Positions 9,939 through 22,260 of a stretch of 64,000 bases of DNA are shown here, one piece after another (the stretch's first letter is position 1; each line of letters starts with the position of its first letter). The notes below the pieces were generated by a model. That model did not search any database. It saw nothing but the letters and a program-made list of their open reading frames with translations, and had not been told where the DNA came from. Source of the stretch: Iphione sp. A-MEVVRFRX5 (lineage: Eukaryota); contig OZ320317.1 of assembly GCA_976226885.1 (NCBI GenBank), forward strand, positions 46,810,001 through 46,874,000, written 5' to 3'. The position numbers were made by a program, and so were the translations under genes.

Positions 9939-11599
9939 ACTCGAGGTCATTAGAGTATCCATGCACCTGTGAATATTTGACCAGCACAGAGTGTATGAGT
10001 AAGGAATACGGGTGAAGGGGGGTGCTTTGTGCAATATACTAGGGCATGTAACACAATCTGAGTGACTCTCAATCGTATGTACCAGTTGATGTTGATTTAT
10101 TAGTTACTCAATTTGCTAAATGAATATGACGTCAAGGACATTTTCAGCTGTGATAAACCAGTCTCCATGTGATAAATATTGAGCTGATATGATTACCAGC
10201 CTCAATAGAGGAATGTGATATAGTCTCATGTGATAAAAATCATAATTAAAACCATATAACAATAACCTCTCCTATCACCTATCTCCTCTATATGTCTTAT
10301 TCCTATACAAACACAGTACTTACGTGAATGCCTATGACTTTCAGTCTACGACAGATTGTACAATTTGCTACTAAATAAGACGCCAAGGACATTTTTGGAT
10401 CTGTGATAAATCGTCTCCGGGTGATAAATATTGACCTATTGCCTACTACGTATTTCATGTATGTTCAATCCGATACATACCCAGTACTTACATGAATGCC
10501 TATGATTTTCCGTCTACGACAACGAAATAACATTAGATGTGCAGTATTTTTAATATACATTACTATAGCGCTCAAAGGGGAATCTGTTCAACACTAACTG
10601 TAGCTGACAAAATCTTAAAATTACTCTCTTCTAAAAGCTCGGAAATTGTGATAATATTGAAATGTGCTGTGATTCCTTGTGTGTACATATGTTGGAGTGA
10701 GGGTATTCTAGAACTGTTTTGTTGTAAAACACTAAAATTGACAGTGATACCTCTGTAATCTGTATGGAGAGTCAATAAACTATCTTGTATCTTGTATCTT
10801 GTATCTTGATATATATGTGGTAGTACCATCATCTATGGCTGACTATAGTGGCTGCTGTTGTGTGTAAAAACAGCCCTTTGTGCATAAAAAATGTTATGCA
10901 CAACAGCACAATGGGATACAAGTAAGAAATAGTTTTATCATACTTACTTTGTTTTCCTTGCTTCTATATGGTATCCACATTGTGTTCTTCTTTCCTTCCA
11001 GCCTCTCTGTATCTTGTGAAGGGGATTTTAGGTCAGCCACAGAGGATGTCAGGAGTGTTTCTAATTAAGTTGGCGATGTGATGCTCTTAGTAGCCTAGTC
11101 TACGCAATTAATGATGGTGTAGAGGGTACAGTCCTAAGGTTTAGACATGATCGCTGAGGGGTTGTACAACCCCGAGGAAGAGAGTGTCTAAACAGTGACT
11201 GTATCCGAAAGAAAATCGGTAATTGCAGTTCTGATGAGGTTTTCAATGAAACTAACCTTCTGCAGGCCTTAAATTCGCCATAATTTGTCTATTTGTTGTC
11301 TTTTTCGACTGCCACAGCTGCTTCCCTCAGCTACCCATGCTAATTTTCCCGCCTAGTCAGCGATGTGACGCTCTTAGTAGGTCAGACAGCTACCCACGCT
11401 AATTTTCCCGCCAAGTCGGCGATGTGACACTCTTAGTACCAGGGGGGGGGGGGGGGGTCAGGAGGTACCCAATAACGAATCACCAGTTATAAAAACATGT
11501 ATAATGCCTAAAGAGGACAGAAAATGCTCTTCTTTCATGTATTCGTTATTCATGGAGAAACTGAGGGAATGTTTGGGGTTCTAAAGAAGAGTGAAAACA

Positions 11600-11715
11600 T
11601 AGCTAGTGGTTGGGACGTGGCTGGGACGTGGTAGCCACGTTGCAATGGGCCTACGACGAGACAACTAAACTGCCACCTTGAAACAACGTGGTAGCCACGT
11701 CGTGTGCCCGCTGGG
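11600..11715 (-). mobile_element. Terminal fragment of a MITE related to 2017-2409
   Basis: Ends in CGTGGTAGCCACGTCGTGTGCCCGCTGGG. Its reverse complement CCCAGCGGGCACACGACGTGG matches the 2017 terminus CCCAGCAGGCACACCACGTGG. Confidence 0.6.
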
Positions 11716-13689
11716 GTGTCTATGCTAGTAACATCATCCATCTTTGTGTATCTGTATAAAGCAAAGAAGGAATTTTCCTAGAGTCGGGACAATATGCAAA
11801 TTTATATCAAACACAGACACTGAGAGAGGCAATAAATCTGGAAATGACTGATTCCACCAATTTTTCTACTAGTCCTGGAGATGACACTTAAAAAAATATA
11901 CAAAAACATGAGAAATATAATATCTTAATGTCATATGTTAATATATTTCATCTTTAGATAAAGTCTTAACCTAATAGCCATGTGTTCCTGTAAATATATC
12001 CAGAAAAGTTTTTCTGAATTCAATTTTTGTTGGATTGAGAGACTTATGAATCTAAGTGAGTAAATATTGGTGTAATCTATGGGATGGAATTGCAAAATCC
12101 ATCATTTTCCCTTTATATATCCAAAATTAAGAGGATTACACATACAAATGTTATATCAATGTATAGCACTTGGTTTTTTCTCTATCACAGAAATCGAAAA
12201 TGTGAATAGAATTGCATATATAATGAAATACTGATTGTAAAGAAAAGATTTTGTAATCTCTGAGACTGGTACAAAAATTGGTTGAATGAGCCAAATACAT
12301 CTACACTTTGTTATAACCATAAGAGTACCAAATAAGTAATGCTTAATCAATGGTTTGGCTGTCATGTGCTGTCTGTAACAACATTTATAATTGCACACAG
12401 TAGTTAGTCCTCTATGTCAATATAACCTTCCTGCATACAATCTTTTAAGATGATTGACCACACAGACTCTCCACACCAATGATGTACCTCTAGCAGCCAT
12501 GTGTTAAGAAAAAAGATTTTCTTGTAATTTTTTGTGTCTGTGTAAAAGATATGAATTTGAGAAACACTTTGAGCAGACTACATAGACATGTATATAAGGA
12601 CTAAAACCACAAAATACAAGGAATAGTGTTTAAAAATTGCAGGCAGCTAATTGACACCATCCATACACACTTACATAACATCCCCTTTAACACCCATCTC
12701 TGGAGTGTGGAACATTGGGGAAATCTGTTCATATTAGCCTTACCCCAGACTAACAATTCAACAAACTGTTCTAAAAGGGGTGTGTTATGATAGCAGTCCT
12801 AGGTTTGCAGTACTTATAATTATTTGCCTTCTTGATGTTACCCGTTGTCATGCAAATATGTGTTCTCTCTTGAGATCTGTTGTCTGTGCAAGTGTTCCTC
12901 CTAGTAGAATGGTTATAAAGAGTGATGTGTGGCTAGATTCTACCTTGATCTTTGTGCAAGTGTATTATGTCCTCTTGATTTCTTTTCCTGCGTGAACACT
13001 AGATGAATTCTTATGGAGGTCCTTGCTCTTGGCAGAGTTGCTGTGGATCTGACAGTCACAAAAATACAAGGCTGCAACCAGAATTTTTGGCCTTTTTATG
13101 CCAACCAAGTCATAAGTTCAACTAGATGGTGTTCACCAATGAAAACTTTATGCCGCCAAGCCAACTATACAAAGTGCCTCTGATTGGAAGTTCTTATTCC
13201 AATCCAATTAATCAATCCTGGACACCACATCGTTCACACACCCCCGCTGTGCCAAGGGAATGGTCAATATTTGTAAGTCAAGAATGAAGTAACCATTCCT
13301 ATTTTGTCATTTCAAGAAATTCACATTTTGCTGTATGTATGTATGTAAATATAATGAATATGCTTCTTCTCTGCATTTACTGTACTCATTGCTTTACTAG
13401 CAAAAGTACCATTCTGGCTCGATGTGTATAAGATATCAGAGAGAGAATTAATTCCAAAACATTTGTGCAGTGTGCTGCTATAGATTTTCCAGTGAAAAGA
13501 CATTTAGGTGATAAAAAATGACAATTTATTAATATGAAAGTGGTGTAAAATAACAAAAAGGTTAATGATCAAAGGCCTCCAGATGCAGTTCTATCTCTCC
13601 CCTGCCCTTTCTCTGGCAAGGTCTACACATTTTATTCCTGTTTGACGTATTAATTTACACGTTCAGGAAAGCCAAGGTTGACAAAAGCC

Positions 13690-15960
13690 CCAGATGTGTG
13701 AATGCTCGGTGTGGGTGTGTGTGTGCAACGTGGGCGGTTCCCTGTGCCTGATAACTAAATGCTGCATGCCAAGAGAGAAAGATATTAATAATTTCATGGA
13801 TAACACCCAGAAATTTTCCATTATAATTCGGTGGATGATGTTGGTAACCGATTTGAGAGGGGAAAGTACGTGATGGTAGTGGATATCAAAAGCACCTTCC
13901 GTAGTGTACAGGTAGCCCCAGTGCATCATGAGACCAAGGTATTTCTTGTAGTAGAGACGGTACGAAAGAGTATTTCATGATTAACTCCCTGCTTTGTGCT
14001 TAAATGTGCCCACTATATTTTATCAAGGCTATCGGATCTGATCAAGTACGAATGTAAGGGTAGATGTAAGGGCAGGGTGGTGAGGCACCTAGATGATTTT
14101 ATCCTTATCAGTGGAGATGAACAACAGCGTAATGAGTTTGGCTCTTGCGTGATTGGCATTACCAGACATTTTGGCTTTGATATTGATTTGAATAAGGTGG
14201 CTCTCCGGAGTACCAGCTGTAGTTTCCTAGGAATCATAATTGATTCGAGTAACACGCAGTTGGTGTTACCAAATGACAAGGCATGTAAATGTAAAAGGAA
14301 GTTGTATGTAAGAAGCAGTTGGAATGTCTAACCGGTCAGCTAGCACATTGCACCACAGTTGTAAAAGGAGGAGAGACTTATACTAACAGTTCTTACCAGT
14401 TCTTAAACGACACATCAAAGGTAACAGACAAAGGAAGATTATTCCTGATGTAAAGTCTGATCTAATCTGGTGGTTAGTTTTCATGGAAATGTTCAATGGC
14501 AAAAGGAAAATAATCAATGGTTTGAGTCCATCAGGCTGCATTACTATAGACTCGTCGTTTGAAGGGTTTGGAGGTCGGGGTGACAGAGACTGGGTTGGCA
14601 AGTGGACCGAGAAGTCCACGGTCTGATGTGTTTGATAGGCACATAAATGTGTTATAGTTATGGTCTGTGCTAATTGCATAGAAGATGTGAGCCAAGGTAC
14701 AGAAACTGTATAGTTAAAATTGTGACAGACAATATTTGTGTGCTATTTATGCTAAGAACAGGCAGGAGTGTCAATCCCAGTATGGGATGGCTCAAAAACG
14801 TTTCAGGACATGCTGTATGTTCGACATTTGCTTTATCGTTAAGAACATAACTAGTAAAGAAAATACCTTTGCAGATATACTAATCTAGGGGTAGTGATGG
14901 CAGCTCGTTGAAACGCCTTTGTGATGTAAGCTGGATTGTTCACTGCTCTTGCGGTGGCATGCTTTATGCTGTTTGCAGAGCCGGGGAGTGGATTGAAGAT
15001 GGAGATGTGTGCTTTTTGAGGGGGTTTGACAGCAGCAAACACATGGAAAACAAGATTACGGTGCAGGTGCAATGAAAGGTTCCGAGATGAGACTGAGTTT
15101 AGCCCTTTAACTTGTAGTATTTACAGCTATACATATTTATTTTAGAGATGGCCACAGTGCCTGTCCTAGCATTGGTCGTAACTCCTGATTTGTATCTGGT
15201 GCGGTGAGCATCCCCCTCTTTGGGAGCACTCTGTGACCTTACGTGTGGCCAGTGGCCACAGCACCATGGACAGTTAAGTACATGATTCAGGTTGGAGGTG
15301 ACCTTGGACCCTAGGGATCCAGGCACCTGTCACTTGTATCAAGCTGCTGTGCTCTGATTGGTAAGAAGCATCACCACAAGACATTTTGTATCAGTTTTAT
15401 TCCATGAGTGAATACATGGTTGCTACATGGATTGGTCACATGACCCTGATGTTTGGTATAAATATGGGCCCTGTGTGGCCACTAAAACAGTCTGCACTTG
15501 GATTACCTTGTGGCTCTTGTCTCTTAGGGGAACCTAAGGAACACATAATCACTTGGAGCTACCTTAAGGGGTGTTCACAGATAACTCAGCTGAAGGATAC
15601 TAGAGGAGTAACTAAGCCAGGAGCACACTAGCCATAGCTGGATACCACCAAGTGACAATTTAAACACGCAGACTGCATTATAATGTTTTTAGCTAGGGAC
15701 ATGCGTTCCATCAGAATGTATATGTCTAGTGTGATTTTTTTTCTCGAGGTTTTATGGCTCAGATATTGATATTGGGGGGGATTTCATGTTACAAGAGATT
15801 TTAAAAGGTATTAAGAGGACAAGGGACGTCCCTGTAAGGAAGGCTCTTTCAGTCAGGTGATCTGAGATGGACCCCTGAAGAAGGCACACATGACGTGTCC
15901 GAAACGTTGGGATTTTTAATAAAAAACAACATATCAACTTATTCGCCGAGTTGTGTTAGT
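13690..15960 (+). mobile_element. Decayed DIRS/Ngaro-like tyrosine-recombinase retrotransposon (RT, RNase H, start of YR, terminal region)
   Basis: YNSVDD..VDIKSTFRSV (~13810-13920), HLDDFIL..FLGIIIDS..LVLPNDK (13996..14331), IDSSFEGFGG and HINV RNase H-like fragments (~14540-14890). The terminal region has ATTGG boxes, TATAAATA (~15447), a hammerhead motif and AATAAA at 15918. Confidence 0.75.
15872..15911 (+). ncRNA. Minimal type I hammerhead ribozyme motif
   Basis: CCC-CTGAAGA-A-GG(C)ACAC-ATGAC-GTGTCC-GAAA-CGT-T-GGG. Core CUGANGA at 15875-15881, GAAA at 15901-15904, 6-bp stem II with one bulge, palindromic ACGU stem III, CCC/GGG stem I. Confidence 0.7.
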
Positions 15961-16079
15961 GTGTTCTCTCCACCTTAGCTCGATCTGAGATGTTGTCTAA
16001 GTGCTTTTACAATAGAAATATGTTTGATTTCATGGTATGGACTGCAATCTTATTGGCGTTCAGATGCCTTTTTAGAAAA

Positions 16080-16390
16080 CAAATATTCACGTCTATGAAG
16101 GGCCTGGCTAAGAGGATATCAAGCTCACTAGTGAAGACTTCTTACTGTTGTTGGGAACTTTAGTGGGAGTTCCAGGTTTGTTGCTGTGCCCATTGCCTAC
16201 TGTGTGAAGTTGAAAGTGTCCATTGTTAATAGGCTTAAGGCGTGTCGAGTTTTTGGTCAGGGCAGTGAGGAGGGTTTAACTTTTCCTTATGCAAAAGGAA
16301 CTAAGAAGGTGGCACTGGATTATTATAAATTTAGAGAGAGACTAAAGGCATTTTTTGTCTTCAAGTCCAAGTGTCCAACCAAGCAATATA
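16080..16390 (+). mobile_element. Tyrosine recombinase fragment (DIRS-like)
   Basis: LDYYKFRERLKAFF...PTKQYTS resembles the L.Y..F...LK.....P..Y+SHS region of DIRS YRs. It breaks off before the catalytic HSxR. Confidence 0.5.
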
Positions 16391-18389
16391 CATCTGTGAC
16401 ATTGTCTATTCTATTCACAACTGCCACCCATCATGAATGGTTCGCTTTACTATTCATTAAAGACGTCCGTCACTATTACCCCATGTACGTATCACTGATT
16501 AAGGCTGGAGAGAGAGAAACTCCTGATGTAATTCCTTTATTCAACATGGCGTCTCCTCTTTCCCATGAAGCTCCAAGGATTAACAGTTCATTCCTCAATA
16601 CAGCCTTTAAGGTCCGGAGCCAAGGGGGGCATCTGCATTGGCTTCAGACATTACAGCCAGATTCCAAATCAGAGATTGATATTGATTTTTCTCCCTCGTC
16701 TTACCAGCTGGAAGCCGGGAGTGATGGGAGGAAGACGCTTCGCTGAGAAGTAGCACGGGCCCAAATCAGATTCCAGATTTAAAAAAGAATTCCTTACCTT
16801 TAAAATGATATATAATTCAGTATACAGAGCAAATTAATATCCCCTAGCACAAATCTATCTTGAATTACTCATTTTATGTAGGTCAGCCTTACATTTCCTC
16901 AGTCTTCAAGGGGCTAACTAAATGTGCCCATAATTAAAACGATGGTTCCAAATAATTTTTTGTCTTTGTGTCTATGCCCTTTCTATCACCTCTGACAACT
17001 GGTTTACATATTTTTGTTTCTTGCTCTTTTACAGCCAGGATGGTGGGTGCGTTTTGGGATGATGTTTTTGATGGACCCTACTGTGTCATAATAGTCTGCT
17101 TTTGCTTTTACAACACTGCGTTCAGGTAAAAAAAAAAAGAAAATATTTTGTACGCATGTATGGTGCAATCTTCGTGCTAATGTTCAAGCCTAAATGAAGC
17201 AAAAATGCAACATAGCGTGTCTAAGGGCCTTAGGATGCTGACATCAGGATGACGTCACCATCTAAATGGGCACCATGCTCGTTCCCCCATACTATAAACA
17301 TTCCATCTGTGGCAAGGTTCTGCTTCGAATAGACCTGTATGTATTATTTGTTCGGTTATATGACCGATTACCTACCAACAATAGGTGTGGACTGATTACT
17401 GTATCCCAGCCGCGGGATGCCCTCAGGACAATGGGGTTTACCGGGGACTTTCCAGGTGGCCTCAGCCATCCCATTGCCCTAGGCTATATCACCATTCTGA
17501 CCTGTCGGGTTCCTCTGCCATGTGGGTGGATATTAACAGTACCAAATGGAAGGGAGGGAAGGACATACACCATGGCCGACACTAATAAGGTAAACACTCT
17601 GGAAGTATCATTGCATTGTCATTACTTGAGGCCCCGCCAAAGTGTTAATACCAGCGATGCGGTGCAAAGTTCATCCGTGACTTAACTGACAATCGTGAAG
17701 GTTTTCCGTCGAAATTTAGAGAGATGCTTCATCTGGATGGGGATCTATAACACTTAGGATTATTGTACAGGCAGACAGGCAGACCGGGCCATCTTGTGTG
17801 AACGACAGAGTTTATAGTCCTAATCATATGCATTTACAATGTGTCTCGAAGTGTCAGAGATTCCATGTTGGTGTAGTCCTATCCTAACATGCCAGGGGAC
17901 GCTAGTGGTAACACGTAAGCGCCCGGTTTCACCGGTGGAATCGGCAGGTTGATGGAGCGTGTTGAGCGAGTCGGCCAGTGTGTAGGGCAGTGGGTCGGTT
18001 AAGAGAGGTGCACTATCGCCATGTCCCCATGTTAGATGGGCGGCCCCGCGGGCGAAAATGGCAAAGCCATGGACGTCCGCATTCCAGGTTGTGATGAACT
18101 GGGGACGGTGATGTCCGTGGTGGGCCTCGGGCGATTCGAGCCGGACGACCGCTGGCCACCGGCCTATTGCCACAGCGTCTCCTCCCTGCCACATACCCGC
18201 CCACCCAACCAGTCACCTGCACTATCAATCTACATCCATTCGCTGAGGTCAACCGCCCCTTCCCTCCCACTCTGTGTCCATCCGTCTGTCGTTCCCGTCA
18301 CTCATCCATCCGTCCATCCACCCCTCCATCCATCCAAACCATCTCTGCTCTTTAGCCAGAGCGCCAGGTCCAGCTTCCGAGGATAACCC

Positions 18390-18480
18390 AGGGGCATGCG
18401 CAGTGGCCCGACGCACAGCACTTAACGCATCACAACATCCGGTCGTGTGACGTCATGGCACGCGCATACTCCCTGTCGCC
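18390..18480. promoter_or_regulatory. CpG-rich promoter-like segment
   Basis: GCATGCGCA (NRF-1-like) at ~18395 and a TGACGTCA CRE palindrome at ~18448, in a locally CpG-rich patch just upstream of a candidate first exon. Confidence 0.35.
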
Positions 18481-18588
18481 GGACCCGCTCGACGTCCCTT
18501 GGTCCTATCAACGACCACACCTGTCAGTGACCTGCGAATACTTTCCGCTGAGCTCATGTGAAACCCGAGAGAGACTACTGTAACCAAA

Positions 18589-18680
18589 ATGGCGTGGATG
18601 GAACTCGAGTTGTTGCTGTTTTCGATACTTTTGATTTACTTTGTAGACGGGCAGAACATCGGTGCTTTGCGGATGAAAGG
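18589..18680 (+). CDS. Candidate signal-peptide first exon (possibly of the 25563-37627 gene)
   Basis: CCAAAATGG start context, MAWMELELLLFSILFDLLCRRAEHRCFADE, donor AG|GTAGGT. It ends in phase 2 and so cannot join the phase-1 exon at 25563 directly. Confidence 0.3.
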
Positions 18681-21600
18681 TAGGTGGCCTGGTACCTCCA
18701 TATAAATGAGTGCAATAACGCCTAAGGGCATGACAATACAAGTTTACAGTCCTGTGTAATATATCAGGTAAAGAAATGTACCACCAAATCAAAACAGCGA
18801 AAGCAGTAACCATTTTAATCAGTTTCATTTCTGTTTCACACTGAGAAAGAACAGACTGCATGGCTCTGGAATATGCAATATGCGTGATGCGTAGAATATA
18901 ATTGTGATGTATACCTTCCCCACGAGAATAATAGACGGTATAAATGGAGTTTGGGTAAGGATATGTGTCTTCTCTGATTCGTGTCTTCTGTAAAGCAAGT
19001 GTTTATTCATCGTGCAACATTCTGCAGTGGTCTATGTGATATGTGTGTTCTGTAAAGTAGGTGTTTCCATTCTGCGGTTGTCTAGCTGGCCTTGCTAAAA
19101 ACGTGGTTTTAGGGTCGTTATGGCAGGTGATCGGAAGTTCGTGACAACGTCCGTTTCATGGGAAATTATTAAATAGCAGTGGAATGTCATATGGATGACA
19201 GGAATACGGTTTTAATATGATTAGATTCAAGAGAACAAATGGATCGGTTCCACAGTACTTAACGCTAACTCGATCATATTCCTGATTGGGAGTTACACGT
19301 GTATATGTAGATATATATATTCTATAAAGGATGTTTGTCAAAAGCCTTTCAGGTTTCAAGTTTCAAATTTCTATTTCACTTCTCAGAGAACAGGATCGAG
19401 CGTGTTCTTTAAGTGAAATCAAAAGGTAGAACTATACCCCTGTGCTTTAATGAATTAGATCTCATGCAGAACACTTCTCATAGCATCATTATAAGTACTG
19501 TCATGCAATTGCCGCGTTTGCCCCGTTTTGAAACACTCACAACACATAATTCATCCAAAAGCAAAAAAACTATAGCTGTTTGTCTAATTCCAAGAAAACA
19601 CTCTACACTGGTCACATTTTGAAGTTCCATTTATCTGAGGGGCAGGAGATTCAAAAGCGCGTAACAAACAATTGACTTAACATTTGTTACCTGACGTCCC
19701 GTTTAATATTTATCTCTGAATCATTAGCTTCTCATTATAGCCAGTCGTCATGAAGTACATATAAAACGTTCTCATGCAGCGTCCCGCCAGACGTCTACGC
19801 TCTTATTTTTGCTCCGACATGTTGTCCAGCCGTGAGGATTAGCATAGTTTCTTCGTTATATTTAAGTTAGAATTATGTAGTTTTGATTAAACGTTTGAAA
19901 GCCTCTCTTAATTAAAGCGGTTTTTCATAGAGTTGATTGCTGAGAACATGTACACCTATATTGAAAACTAATCTTGACATTGAGAAGAAAAAGTATAACG
20001 CATTGATAGATGCTTTTGATGTTGAAAATGAAATTTAATATAGGTACAACGTATATAGAAGAATCTTAATTAGTCTGCATATATGTATTATATGTAATTG
20101 AATAGGGATATATAGCAGAATATTAAGTTTAGATTTATTGAATTTTAATGTACCGTCTTAATCGCAAAGGTTGCACGATACACCAAGAAGTAAACAACTT
20201 CAAGAGACATAAATCCAAACACTACACTTTGTTTCCTAGTATCGATATTAAGTCTGGACGAAAGGGTGTCATTTTGAGACGAAGTGAGTAGGGTATACCG
20301 CTTAGGAGAAATAAAGCATTATTGCTAACAGAAACAATCTAGTCACCGAACAAATGACTGTGTTAGCCCAGGACGAAAATACAAAATGGCACGGAATTAC
20401 TGAAATGCTGCTAGTGCCTGCGCAATTTTGTCATCAGATCTTTTGTATGGTGTGAAGTTTTCCTGGGCTGTCTTGTATCTTGTGGAGTTTTTCTGAGCTA
20501 TTTGATGCAATCTGTGGCTTTCTACGACTTTATTCACCATTTGAACTAATGCAGTCTTTCATATTTGGAAGTTCAACATTCAGAAATGTGGGTATAGATT
20601 TACTGAATTATGATTACTCTGCAAAACATCCTGAATTCACTAGTCCGTTCATAGATTAAGATGTCCTAAGGTCACCTGATAAATACGCTATATATAGTGT
20701 ACTAACAAGAAAAAGGTATCATTTGCTAATTAATGTGTAAGAACAAGGTGGATGAGGCTGTATATGTCTATAAATGAGAACATTTTATGAAGCATCACTG
20801 AGTGGATCATGCTATCAATATACTTATCGAAGAAAAGTATACTTTAGGTATTTAACCATCTTTGAATGAACCCTCCATCAAGTCATAGATAATATAACAC
20901 AACCATGGATTCAAATCAACAATTAATAAAGAGTATGAAAGTGCTAGACTCTATACAAAAACAGTTCCTACTCTGAGAGAATATTTTCCTCAATTACTTG
21001 ATAAGTCAAATCTGAAGGTTGACCTTTCTACTCTGAACAGATTTTAGATATCACCACTTTAGTTCACTAAGGTGAAGACAACATTGTTGGAACTAATTCT
21101 TGGAGTATATTTTGAGTTTCTGTATCACAGAAAGAAGAAGATAGAACCCTGTATGTATAGGGATTGACTAACCCTTTTTCATTGGTATTGACTAACCTGT
21201 CGGGTACCTCAATCAGGAAATTATGAATATACCATGTTTCTTAGAATAAATCAGGTCCCGGCGAAGGGGACACTGACTCTGTGCATTTTCAGCAGAAAAT
21301 GGATGTCAAAAAAGGACAGTGGTAAATTGACGCACGTTCTTCTAGATAACGTTGGGGCCTTTTGTTAAACTTGTGTGACCAACCTTTACTAATCCTAACC
21401 TTCTCCTGTGCTCTGGGCCACTGGGTGTCACTCGAGCTGATGTTTTCAATTCTACACTCCAGAATTCCAGAACCAAGAAATCTACTTTTTAAAAATTTTA
21501 TACAAGGTGTGATTCTGAAGATAAAGGCTTACAAATAGAGAAGATATGAAAACGTGTACCTTTATTTGCCTTGCGGTGCTATCATCTACAGAACTAAGTA

Positions 21601-21999
21601 ATATACGACTTTGAAATTTATAAACTAATATACACTAGGGACCCATGGTACTGGGTAATTTATTCATTAAGACCACTGAGATATAACTTTGCTACTGGTG
21701 GAAAAATCTGGACAAGACCTCTTTGTCTAGCCAACTTTATAATGAAAACCCATAGATGATGACAGAAGACCAGAAATAATTCTGATCCACCTGTTTCATG
21801 TAAATCAATCTATCATGAATCCATTCGACGCTCAAAACCAAATACTCATAAACCAAATTTTCCTGAATCTGAATGTTTGTGCTTGAAAGAATTGTTTTCT
21901 TTTATATATATGCTCACATAACTGAAATATTCCATTTCCAAATCCAAACACTGTTATTTGATGAACATTCATTATAATCATACTCCAAAACTGAATGCT

Positions 22000-22260
22000 T
22001 TGTCCGTGGCCCTCCTTCTGTTGTTCTTATAAGGTCCCACAGCTCTCTAGGTGTTACCTTCATCCTTGGCCGTCCTCCCGTCACTCTTAGGAGTCCCAAC
22101 ACATCTACAGGTGCTACCACAGCCTTGGCCGTCCTCCTGTCACTCTTAGAAGTCTCCACCCCTTTCCAGGTGTCATTCCTGTCCTGTAGCTCTTAGAAGT
22201 CCCCACACCTATCCGGGCGTTACCCTCATCCTTGACCCTTCTCCTGTCACTCTTAGAAGT
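22000..22260. repeat. ~55-60 bp minisatellite related to 361-540
   Basis: CCTTG(G/A)CCGTCCTCC(C/T)GTCACTCTTAG(G/A)AGTC recurs at about 22064, 22123 and 22230. Confidence 0.7.

Larger units (their letters stand above)
4195..10808 (+). mobile_element. Near-full-length CR1/L2-group non-LTR retrotransposon, three ORFs, ~6.6 kb
   Basis: 5' end AAGATGGTGCG; ORF1, middle ORF and APE-RT ORF2; AATAAA at 10774-10779 followed by a (TATCTTG)4 tail at 10781-10808. The interrupted satellite unit defines both boundaries. Confidence 0.92.

Noticed and set aside
11243-11275. CTGATGA...GAAAC hammerhead-like core
   Set aside because: The intervening GGTTTTCAAT cannot form a proper stem II, and no convincing stem III or stem I is present.
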